Under the pieces are notes generated by a model. That model had not been told where the DNA came from. It did not search any database and was given only the letters and a program-made list of their open reading frames with translations. Shown one piece after another: positions 1 through 14,491 of a stretch of 64,000 bases of DNA. Both the position numbers and the translations under genes were made by a program. The stretch is from the human T2T-CHM13v2.0 reference genome, Homo sapiens: the NCBI RefSeq assembly GCF_009914755.1, contig NC_060933.1; one strand, given 5' to 3'. The stretch's first letter is position 1. Each line of letters starts with the position of its first letter.

Positions 1-217
1 ACAGAAATTTGAAATACAGTCAAAATATACAATGTAATGCTTTACTATACTTCATAACAGTATCTTTTTAACAAGACACTGAGTTGGCAGTTACTAATAA
101 TTTGCAAAATTATTGTTCTTTATACCTCAATTAGTGTGCACCCCATTTTTTACATCACAAATGTTTTCCCCTGCTTTCTGAAAAATTTATTTTCATCTTT
201 TAAGACTCAGAAAGTAG

Positions 218-510
218 GCTGGGCATAATAGCTCACATCTGTAATCCCAGCACTTTGAAAGGCCAAAATGGGAGAATTGCTCAAGGCCAAGAGTTTAAGA
301 CAAGCCTGGGAACCATAGGTAACCTTGACTCTACAAAAAATTAGACAGGTATGGTGATATGTTCCTGTTGTCCCAGCTACTCAAGAAGCTTAGGTGAGAA
401 GATCCCTCAAGCCCAGGAGTCTGAGGTTTCAGTGAGTCTCAATCATGCCATTGCACTCCATCCTGGGTGATAGAGTAAGAACTTGTCTCCAAAAAGAGGA
501 AAAAAATAAA
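218..510 (+). mobile_element. Alu (old, J-like)
   Basis: ggctgggcat...tgtaatcccagcactttg...gcactccatcctgggtga, A-rich tail. Confidence 0.85.
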
Positions 511-1053
511 GGCTCAGAATGCTATGTGAAATCTTCCTTGATTCTAGCTATCTTTCTCCACACACACAGGTGTCTGCTTCGTTGGGGTCCCTTAGTACCT
601 TGTCAATTTTTCTAGTGTCACTTTACCACCTGAACTGCACATCATGTCTTTACATGTTGACCCCCTTTGCTGCTAGACTGTAGAGGACAATCTTTTGAAT
701 CATCTTTGTATAAACAGTCTTAATTTTGCTAAATAATTAGTTATTGAGTTCCTGCTAAGTGTTAGGCACTGGGGTAAAAGGAAGGAAAATAGAAGCTGTC
801 AGGGATGGCTTTCCTAAAGATCATGCATGAGCTGAGACTTAGAGAGAGAGGTTAGCCAGATTAAGCGAGGCAGAGGGCAGGAAAGGGTGAGCACATGCCA
901 GGAAGCAACAAGAGAGGAAGAGAAGCCTCCAAGAGAGTATGTATTTCTCTGCAGAAGAGGAATGGTGAGGGGGCCATTACCAGCAGCTCAGTAATTCCAG
1001 AGAAAAAGGCAGATGGGGAAAGGGATACAGATGGAGATTTGGGCAGAAATCAG

Positions 1054-1457
<404 letters not shown>

Positions 1458-1617
1458 TAAATACTGTGAGGAGCATAAAATTCTGAGGCATATAAATCAA
1501 TGAACAAAGATAAAATATAAGGCAATGTTGCAAAGATGATGCAGGCCTGAAGAGATGTTTTCAGAAATATTTAGGATATAGGTATCAGTGGCCATTATAA
1601 GAATGAATTTCTATTGA

Positions 1618-2106
<489 letters not shown>

Positions 2107-3859
2107 AACATATGGGGATTTTGTTTTAAAAGTTCTGTTTCCTGGATCTGCCAAGCTCATGAGAAAATATAGCAAACATAAGAAACTTTGGATTTATAGC
2201 TTGTCCTCACTACTCTAGAAGATTATCATCATGTTTTGCAAAACAAAATGTTAAACACAGACATAAGGGGAAAAAGAAATTAAAACTATAGGGGTGGGTG
2301 AAAAAATATTGCATAATTTATTACTGTTGACCTCATCATATGACCGATTAAGGGCACTGAATTTAACTTGGATGTGAAGTAGACCCCATATTAGCTGCAG
2401 TTGATCAGTAGACCAGGCTTCCTAGCAGAATTAAATTTGATGCTCCTGTGTTATCTTTAAATGACACAGCTTTTCTAAAAATGCATACTCATAGCGCATG
2501 ATTATCCATTAAGACAAGGTGATGGAATGTGTGAATACAGCTGAGAAGGCACCACAAGGCAAATGCTCAATGGTTCCCATTAATATTGGGAAAATCAACA
2601 CTATAAAACAGAAAGCCATAGGCATTATTTAATATTTGGTTTTGGAAGGTATTTTTAGTGACACTGCATACAGTTGTACCTAATAATTGCAAAATTATAG
2701 ATGTAAAAATAAAGCAAAGACACATTGTGTTTGAGTAGGAAATCTGTAGATGTCTAGCCGGTTTTCCCATCCAGCCCCAAAATTCTAAATATAATCATGG
2801 TACCCACACTCAAATTTATGTTAAATACCAATCTCAATGAAATCACTATTTCTCCTCATTCTCTTTGTTATTTATATGTTGCTTTCCTTAAGGAAAGAAT
2901 ACAAATGCCTTGCTAAGAAGCATTCTGTTTGGTTGTAGGCTGCATAAGGGGAGTAAACACAAAGTACTTTTGACCACAAAATGACTTTTTAAAAGTCAGA
3001 ACTATGGTAACATGAAGCCAAACAAGGTAATCTAGAATAAAATTTTCTATGCTTCTTTCCCTTCTTTGCTCTCTTTCTACTCTAATAACTGCGATTCACA
3101 CAGGTAATGAAGAGTATAATTCCCTGATAAAACACAGCTCCAAGATTAATCCTTTCTTTAAATATGAAGTTCACGTGTCCAAAATCTGTAGTAGTTGCTG
3201 TCTGATTTTTGATCACTGATGGTGATACAGATATTTATCATCAACTCACAACTTCCCAAATCTTTGAAAAGTCTTACTATTGATGGTTCAACTAGTAGAA
3301 ACATAATGTAAAATATCTGAAAATAAAGTTTTTATTTATTAGAATGTAAATAATAATACAAATTTTAATAAGGTGTAAAAGTTATTTCTTCACTGAAGCA
3401 GTACCATGTTGTCCTCTACCCCACAAATGCACTACTCCCACATAGTCTAATATATTTTAAAAGTCCTGTAATTGCCATTAACTCAGACAAGTTTACTTAA
3501 CTTGTTCTAAGCTTCTGTTATCTACTACAATTTACTTTCAATCACTCAACCATCTCTATTATATATGTTGTTTTCCATGAGAAATTTTTTTATTAGTAAT
3601 TAAGATTCTCCAGGGATAAGAAAATATTTGAATAACTAAGTTTGTGCATAAACACATTAAGGTAAAATACCCATGACATTATTGTCTGTTTCTGTGTACT
3701 AGAGACAAAAACTTCAAAAAAAATTTTAATGAATATATGTTAAATTAAAAACTGCTTTCATTAAACTGAGATAATCTTCCCTCAATGCATGAATACCTTC
3801 AGAATTCACATAGACCAAAGAATTGTATAAAATATAATAGCCTTAAAAATCTTATTTGT

Positions 3860-4165
3860 AGCTGGCACAGTGGCTTTCACCTGTAATCCCAGCACATTGG
3901 CAAGCCGAGGTGGGCAGATCACCTGAGGTCAGGAGTTCGAGAGCAGCCTGGCCAACATGGTGAAACCCCATCTCTACTAAAAATAGAAAAATTAACAGGG
4001 TATGGTAGCACGTGCATGTAGTATAAGCTACTCGAGGGGCTGAGGCAGGAGAATTGCTTGAACCCGAGAGACAGAGGTGGTAATGAGCCAAGACTGAGCC
4101 AATGCACTCCAGCCTTGGTGACAGAGCAAGACTCTGTCTCAAAAACACAAACAAACAAGTAAAAA
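3860..4165 (+). mobile_element. Alu (S-like)
   Basis: Sense Alu dimer with gatcacctgaggtcaggagttcgag. Confidence 0.9.
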
Positions 4166-5646
4166 ATGTAATTGTTCCCATATAAGTCTAAGTTCACACA
4201 AGATCTGAAGAGTACACAACACCGTGAGACAGGACAGACATATATTTTAAAAGTTATATTCCTGGTTTCTGTAAAAATAAAACAGTTGAATTTAAGCTTT
4301 TAAGACAAGTCAAGGAAAAGATCAAAAAAGGCAAAAGTGAAACTTGAAAGGTCATTTCCCCATCAAGGGCTCATGATCACTGGACATTCACAAACTATAT
4401 TGTTCAAAACATTAGTTCTGAATTTTGATCCGAGTAACCATGGAGTTGCAGTTTCATTCAAGGATGTCCAAGAGGTCAAATAAGACAATATCAATTGCTA
4501 CTTTCAGTTTTCTTTTCTGAGAACAGCACAGCATTCTTCTTCAGAGAAATGAATTGTCCTAACTTCATAGGCTAAAGGCTCATGAGTCATAGTTCTAAGG
4601 GCATTTATAAAATATGGTGGTGCATGCTTGTATTCTGAACTTTTCAGCTTTAAACTCTCATATAGTAAATGCTAATAGATACAAACTGATTAAAGAAAAG
4701 CCCTCTTAATCTGACATTATTTTTATTTATCTTTCTTCATTTATCAGCAACAGGAGAGTCTAACTAAATGTGGTAAAGTGGTATAAGGGAATACAATGAA
4801 CAGTGTAAAATGAATTAAACCAGAGATAATCATATCAATGTGGATACATGTGGAAAATATAATACAAGATACGCCAAAGAAAGTGGCAGAATGGTATGTA
4901 AAGTGTATAACCACTCACATATCATTTTAGGACACAAAAAATTCTGCATATTATTTCTGAGCATTACAATATAGTTAAAGATTTTGAAAGGGCATTGAAA
5001 TGAAAAACAACCAACTTATGGTGTTGGTAGCTTCTATGCAATCATGTTTTAAAAACTTTAACACCAAAAAGGCTCAAAATCACCATTTTAAAAGACTGTG
5101 TCTACCAGTCATAAATGAATCATTACTTTCGTCATTTGTAATAGTCAAAGATGCCACAAACACACACATACACGCACCTATATATACACCTACACACACA
5201 GTCTTGCTCATTAGAACATCTGATTGGCTTCAGATCATCAGTATAATAACACTAGCAGCAAGCCTCTGAAGTTAAAACAGAAACTGACATGTTAATAAGT
5301 AAAGCTTTCCTCTAGGTAAAGATCAGAACTCCAACTAACAGTTAACTCTGGAAATATCTTAAGAGTCTCAAAATTCACTGCTTTGAATCCCTGACAAGTA
5401 TGAAAATTTTATACTGAAAACTTCATGCTATTCAAAACATTAAAACAGAAACATCTGAGTTAAAGCTTATATTTTTAAAATATTTTCTATGCTTCTAAAT
5501 TTGTTTTTATTCAAATATGGATACCAACAATAACATTTATGTCAATGCCTTCCATTCAATTTTGAACAAATAGAATTAGGAATAAGAATAATATGAGTAC
5601 ATCCAATCATTGAATGTACTTATTTCCAGTATTCCATTAAATGTAC

Positions 5647-5719
5647 CTGCTCTCAATGTCTGTACATTCTTTCTTTGTACTGCTCCTTTCACAGCAGGAT
5701 CTTCCACTTCAGTGCTAGG
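5647..5719 (-). pseudogene. ANKRD20A: ANKRD20A-like exon 11 (73 nt)
   Basis: ttcag|...|gtacat; encodes PSTEVEDPAVKGAVQRKNVQTLRA. Confidence 0.93.
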
Positions 5720-5805
5720 CTGAATGGGTTTTAAAAGAAAATGATTCATAAATCATATATATTTTATACAACATGGAGTTAGTGATTCAAAAATTAATTA
5801 ATTAC

Positions 5806-5834
5806 CTTCAAGGAAGGATGTTTTGCAGGAGGCC
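5806..5834 (-). pseudogene. ANKRD20A: ANKRD20A-like exon 10 (29 nt), acceptor mutated or shifted
   Basis: Encodes (G)PPAKHPSLK|gtaatt. The in-frame acceptor position reads AA (ttgtaa|GG); the nearest AG is 1 nt downstream. Confidence 0.88.
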
Positions 5835-7930
5835 TTACAAAGCAAAGGGGATATGTCATCAATTATATGTAAGCATGACAGGGCCAACCAAACATTCATG
5901 CAGTGTTACTATCGAGCTGAATTCTAATGCCTGGCTATAAAAATAATTACTTAAGGTTTTGAGCTTTCTTCTTGGCTTCTTCTTTTCATTGCCTAGGACA
6001 GCAACATGACAGAAACACAATGAGGAAAATAGGAAAATAGGATTCCTAAAATGCACAGTTTATATTTCAGTAGTGAGATTATGTTTCAAATGCCTATACC
6101 TAAAATAGAAAAGCATGGATATCACTGTGAACACATGGACTGATGAGGAGAAAAGGGACCATTAAACAGAGGAGAAAATCAAACCTGACAGAATCAATGT
6201 CAAAGCTGATGGTGAATGTACAGAGTATTTTACCTCGGCACACCAGAGGCATTGCTGCCAGCACAGCACAAATAAATTCCCCTTGTCTTGTCACTGAGGA
6301 AATACACAGTTGGGATGAGAGTTCAGGTGAATATGTGATTCACCTCTCATCAAAGAAAGTGTTCTATATTGATCAGCTAGGATACACACTTATGAAATAA
6401 CAGCTAATCAAACTACTCATTTTTCCCATGATCACATGGGCTACTGCAAAACCTACATTTCTCCTATCCCCTCATTTGGCCTTGAATTAGAGCTCCTTGA
6501 TCCACTCATGCAAGGTGGTCCATAAAACACATCAAATAAACCATGTTGAATAAGCTTCCAATATCAAAATATTTATCAAAAAAGAAAACACTGAATGACC
6601 ACAGACTTACTGGATATGAATACATATTTATAATTCAAAATCAGTGCAGTATTTATTGAAAATGAGAATTTTGGTATTCACAGAATGAATTTTATGATTG
6701 CTTCTAAAATTAACTAAGTTTGGTATATTATCTTACACTGTAAAGGACTTTTATAAAACAGTTATCATATCAAAGAACTGGCTGTCTCAAAAAAAATTAG
6801 CCAAAACATCTATATGCAACTTAATCACATCTTATTCACTTATGTCAGTGAAACTTCTCTCTCTGAGGCCTGACAGTTATCAAGTGAAATGAGCTGCTGT
6901 GGTTGACCCCAACTCTAGCACTCCCTCCTGCTTCCAGTACTCTCCACAGCAATAACCTCTTTTGTGAGACTGGGCATATGCTGAAGCAACTGGAAGTGAG
7001 TTGTCTCAAGTTTACTTGGCTTTAACTTCCAACACCCCAGCAAATGTCTTTCTTTCCTCCTTCTGTGTCCTTTCACAATCCCTCTTCCTTTGAAAAAGCG
7101 ATTTTTAGAACTGTCTTTCTGATGCTTCCCTTCCTAACTGCTTTTTATGGATAATTGTTACCACTTTTTTCATCTGCATTCAGCAGTAGTATGCACTTGT
7201 AATCTCTCTTTTTTCATCTCATTTTCCTTCCCCTGTGGCTAGAATCATGCTCAGAAGTAAAAGGAAATTAAAGCTTTCCCTGGATTCTGTTATTTTTTAA
7301 ATTGCTCTCCAGTGGTTCTTTTTCCAGATGTCTCTAAAGGAAGGCTATTCCCCTGCTATTCAGAGCTGTGTCCAAGGACCAGCACCAACATCACCTGAGT
7401 GCTCATGAGAAATGCAGACTCCCATACCTGCTGAGTCAGAATGTGCACTTTCCAGAAGTTCCTCAACGAATTCATGACAATTTGAATGCCCTGTTCTACA
7501 CTGATGTGCTTCCATATTGGTTTACCCTTATTGGCCTTTTTGGCCTAGCCTCAATTTCTTCCCTATTATGTACCTGAATTTAATACTACATTATAAGCCA
7601 TAATGTTTCTAATGAACTTTTAATCAGGCAATACTTTCTTTAATTAATTTATTCTCCATAAATCACCCAAAACTATTCTTTTCAATTATGTTAATATGAT
7701 ACTATCCTATGCAGTTACATTTTCTATAATAACAAATTATAGCCATCCATGGCTGACCATTTACAGTGATGTTCATCTATGGTAGAAAACACACAGGTCT
7801 GTGTGGTAAATTACCTCAATCCTTAATGCCTCCCCAGTAGTGAGGATGACAGCAAGAGAAGGAAAATGTTACTGTAATTATATGACACATTTTGGTACTG
7901 GAAGCTCATTTTATCTTCCTTCCTATTTCT

Positions 7931-9639
7931 TTTTTTTTTTTTTTTGGAATTTTTTTTTTATTGATCATTCTTGGATGTTTCTCGCAGAGGGGGATTTGGC
8001 AGGGTCATAGGACAATAGTGGAGGGAAGGTCAGCAGATAAACAAGTGAACAAATGTCTCTGGTTTTCCTAGGCAGAGGACCCTGCAGCCTTCCGCAGTGT
8101 TTGTGTCCCTGGGTACTTGAGATTAGGGAGTGGTGATGACTCTTAACGAGTCTGCTGCCTTCAAGTATCTGTTTAACAAAGCACATCTTGCACTGCCCTT
8201 AATCCATTTAACCCTGAGTGGACACAGCACATGTTTCAGAGAGCACAGGGTTGGGGGTAAGGTCATATATCAACAGCATCCCAAGGCAGAAGAGTTTTTC
8301 TTAGTACAGAACAAAATGAGGTCTCCCATGTCTACCTCTCTCCACACAGACACAGCAACAATCTGACTTCTCTATCCTTTCCCCACCTTTCCCCCTTTTC
8401 TATTCCGCAAAACCGCCATGGTCATCATGGCCCGTTCTCAATGAGCTGTTGGTTACACCTCCCAGACGGGGTGGTGGCCGGGCAGAGGGGCTCCTCACTT
8501 CCCAGAAGGGGTTGCCGGGCAGAGGCGCCCCCCACCTCCTGGACGGGGCGGCGGCCGGGCGGAGGCGAGACCCCCACCTCCCTCCCGGACGGGGCGGCTG
8601 GCCGGGTGGGGGCTGACCCCCCACCTCCCTCCCGGATGGGGTGGCTGCCAGGCGGAGACGCTCCTCACTTCCCAGACGGGGTGGCTGCCGGGCGGAAGGG
8701 CTCCTCACTTCTCAGATGGGGCGGCTGCCGGGCGGAGGGGCTCCTCACTTCTCAGACGGGGCGGCTGCCCAGCGGAGGGGCTCCTCACTTCTCAGACGGG
8801 GCGGCTGCCGGGCGGAGGGGCTCCTCACTTCTCAGACGGGGCGGCTGCCCAGCGGAGGGGCTCCTCACTTCTCAGACGGGGTCGTGGCCAGGCAGAGGCG
8901 CTCACATCCTAGACGGGGCGGCAGGTAGAGGCGCTCCCCGCATCTCAGACGATGGGCAGCCGGGCAGAGACACTCCTCACTTCCTAGACAGGATGGCGGC
9001 CGGGAAGAGGCGCTCCTCACTTCCCAGACTGGGCAGCCGGGCAGAGGGGCTCCTCACATCCCAGATGATGGGCGGCCAGACAGAGACGCTCCTCACTTCC
9101 AAGACAGGGTGGCGGCCGGGCAAAGGCTGCAATCTCGGCACTTTGGGAGGCCAAGGCAGGTGGCTGGGAGGTGGAGGTTGTAGCTAGCCGAGATCACACC
9201 ACTGCACTCCAGCCTGGGCAACATTGATCACTGAGTGAATGAAACTCCGTCTGCAATCCCGGCACCTCGGGAGGCCCAGGCTGGTGGATCACTCGTGGTT
9301 AGGAGCTGGAGACCAGCCCGGCCAACACAGCAAAACCCCATCTCCACCAAAAAAATACGAAAACCAGTCAGGCGTGGCGGCGCGCCTGCAATCGCAGGCA
9401 CTCAGCAGGCTGAGGCAGGAGAATCAGGCAGGGAGGTTGCAGTGAGCCGAGATGGCGGCAGTACAGTCCAGCTTTGGCTCGGCATCAGAGGGAGACCGTG
9501 GAAAGAGAGGGAGAGGGAGACCGTGGGGAGAGGGAGAGGGAGACCATGGGGAGAGGTGGAAAGAGAGGGAGAGGGAGACCATGGGGAGAGGGAGAGGGAG
9601 AGGAGGAGGGAGAGGGAGAGGCAGAGGCAGAGGGAGAGC
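7931..9639 (-). mobile_element. Full-length SVA retrotransposon (older, B/C-like subfamily, tentative)
   Basis: On the minus strand: (CCCTCT)n hexamer 9638-~9495, Alu-like domain, GC-rich VNTR ~8460-9120, SINE-R, poly(A) 7931-7959. 16-bp TSD cttccttcctatttct at 7915-7930 and 9640-9655. Confidence 0.97.
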
Positions 9640-9936
9640 CTTCCTTCCTATTTCTAACACCCTGTTCTTCCTTCTTCTACAGATCAATTTGACTTTACTA
9701 CCCTCCATTACATACATCCGTGTTTTTTTAATTTATTCCATATACACGCTGCCCTCCTCATTGTTTCTTTCTCTTTTATTCATTTCCTCTTCCCTCTCTC
9801 CTGACTTGCCTCAGGTCTTAGAGTATCTTAAAATGGAACTCATAACTCAGCTCCTTTAATGGTACTCCCAATAGAATCAACTGCTGACCCTTGGTTAGAG
9901 ACACAACTTATCACCATTTCATTTCTCCTTTACTTA

Positions 9937-9986
9937 TTATACAGTTAATAGGACATTTTCTTTATACAGTTAATAGGACATTTTCT
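9937..9986. repeat. 25-bp perfect tandem duplication
   Basis: ttatacagttaataggacattttct x2. Confidence 0.9.
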
Positions 9987-9990
9987 TTAG

Positions 9991-10334
<344 letters not shown>

Positions 10335-10372
10335 TCCATCAAATGACTTTTTAAATAAAATACGGTTCTCAC

Positions 10373-10457
10373 CTTCTCCTTTTCCATTGACTATTCTGTT
10401 TCCTTTTTCATGGGAAGGTCTACATAAAGGCTCTGACACTTTCTCGGGGACACACTG
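10373..10457 (-). pseudogene. ANKRD20A: ANKRD20A-like exon 9 (85 nt)
   Basis: tag|CAG (NAGNAG acceptor) ...|gtgag; encodes QCVPEKVSEPLCRPSHEKGNRIVNGKGE. Confidence 0.92.
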
Positions 10458-10529
10458 CTAAGGTAATATCAAGAATTAGTTTCCATTTTAAAATTATGAT
10501 GAGTTGCATCAAGAGTTTCTTATCAATCT

Positions 10530-11207
<678 letters not shown>

Positions 11208-11532
11208 TCAATGAAATATGAGCTTAAGCCAAGAAAGAAAACAAACAACATGAAGTACAATAAAGTACATAGGGAAATAGATCTATAACAGAGCCTTTGG
11301 TCTTTCATACCTGTGATAATACTAATTAATATTTATGCTGCAATTAATTAGTTTTTTGTAAGTACTTCTGTGATAGTGTTTCTTACTATAAGACATTCAA
11401 TTAGCTAAATATGGTAATCTATCATTACCTGAAAGAACATTATTATAACAGAGAGAGAAAACTGGAACTTTCCATCAACTTTCCACCCAGAAAAAGAATT
11501 GGTCACCAGAATTCTAAAGAGTAATGTATGGC

Positions 11533-12308
11533 AGACACATGAAAAAATGCTCGTCATCACTGGCCATCAGAGAAATGCAAATTGAAACCACAATGAGATA
11601 ATCATTTCACACCAGTTAGAACGGCAATCATTGAAAAGTCAGGAAACAACAGGTGCTGGAGAGGATGTGGAGAAATAGGAACACTTTTACACTGTTGGTG
11701 GGAAGCTAAACTAGTTCATCCATTGTGGAAGACAGTGTGGAGATTCCTCAAGGATCAAGAATTAGAAATACCATTTGATCCAGCCATCCCATTACTGGGT
11801 ATATACCCAAAGGATTATAAATCATGCTGCTATAAAGACACATGCACACATATGTTTATTGTGGCACTATTCACAATAGCAAAGACTTGGAATCAACCCA
11901 AATGTACATCAATGATAGACTGGATTAAGAAAATGTGGCACTTAACACACCATGGAATACTATGCAGCATAAAAAAGGATGAGTTCATGTCCTTTGTAGG
12001 GACATGGATGAAGCTGGAAACCATCATTCTGAGCAAACTGTTGCAAGGACAGAAAAGCAAACACCACATGTTCTCACTCATAGGTGGGAACTGAACTATG
12101 AGAACACTTGGACACAAGATGGGGAACATCACACACCAGGGCCTCTCATGGGGTGGGGGGAGAGGGGAGGGATAGCATTAGGAGATATACTTAATATAAA
12201 TGACGAGTTAATGGGTGCAGCACACCAACATGACACATGTATACATATGTAAGAAACCTGCACGTTGTGCACATGTACCCTAGAACTCAAAGTATAATAA
12301 TAATAATA
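11533..12308 (+). mobile_element. 5'-truncated L1PA (3' end, L1PA4/5-like)
   Basis: ORF2 C-terminus ([23 protein letters not shown]), 3'UTR and (TAA)n tail. TSD agtaatgtatggc at 11520-11532 and 12309-12321. Confidence 0.93.
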
Positions 12309-12669
12309 AGTAATGTATGGCTTGAAAAGGTATATTCAATAGAACATGAGTTGGGTCTAATAAAAAACTTAAGAAATGTTAATCTAAAATCTCAATGTTA
12401 AGATTCCAGTTAAATGATATTAGAAAATATATTGTAACCCTTTGCTACCGATGACCTAATTCTATTTTATTTCCTTTTTAATTATGGCACAATTTCTCAA
12501 CATAACATATCAAAACTTATACACCCTTTAATATTAAAAAATAATACAATGTAAGCAATATTTTAAAAACAGTATTTAATTATTAGATACATTAGATTTA
12601 TTATATTACTCATAACATTCCATTACATAAAAATTTATTTGTCTATTTATTCAGATTAAACAACTATTA

Positions 12670-13498
<829 letters not shown>

Positions 13499-14421
13499 TA
13501 AACTACAATGACAAAATTATGATGATAAAGTCTTACCATACTGGTATTAAGAATCTCTGCTTCTAGAACTGGTTATTTGCAGCAAAATACATGTTATTCA
13601 ATTAGATGAAGTGTTTTATATAAACTCTTCATGGACAACTCATAAACCACACAAAAATCCCTTTGCAATACAAATCTTGATAACATAAATTTAAATTTCT
13701 ACATTTCCACAGTTTATATTTTTCAATCAGACACAATGTTGCCCAGGCTATTCTCAAACTCCTGGGTTCAAGCAATCTTCCCGCCTCAAACTCCCAAGTA
13801 GTGGGGACTATAGGGGTACACCACCAAACTCAGCTATTTTTCGACAATTTTTAATATTTTTTAGTCTCACTACAGAACCAATAATATAATAGAGAAACAA
13901 TTTCTCCTAAAAACTATATAACACAAAAATAATAAGTTTCCAAGAACAAAAGGTATATGCTATGTGCTGAACATTTTTGCCACTAAAAATTATCAGGAAG
14001 ATTCCATGATTACTGCAAATAATTTGATCCACTGAAGATTTATACAGGCATAAATATTAAGAAAGTCACACTCGTGCGATTTAAAAGTCAAAGTATTAGT
14101 ATTTATCCAAATAAATCTTAACCAAATTTCATATTTCCTCTATTGGAGAAAGCATTTACTAATGTGATTTTCCTTGACTACTTATTTTCCAGTTCATTTA
14201 TTTTTCAGCTCCCACCCTGTCACAGTACTTCTCAATCTCTGTTAGTTACCAAAGTTAAACACATTTTTTGAATCAACTAGTCATATGTATGTTTTTCTCT
14301 GAGCAACTTTCCATTAACACCATAAAACAATGATAGGTAAACCACTGCTAAATTTGAAAAGTAAACACATGCAAAACTACATTCAGAGTGAGAAAATTAA
14401 TTTTACAAGAGACCACTTTAC

Positions 14422-14491
14422 CTTAGTAGCAACACTCAAGACTTCATCATCCAATGCAGGCAATGAATCCACACACAGTTCATGCAAAATG
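14422..14491 (-). pseudogene. ANKRD20A: ANKRD20A-like exon 8 (70 nt)
   Basis: aag|...|gtaaag; encodes ILHELCVDSLPALDDEVLSVATK. Confidence 0.9.

Noticed and set aside
8400-9859. Long ORFs (up to 248 aa) with repeated peptides
   Set aside because: They are translations of the SVA VNTR, Alu-like and hexamer regions.
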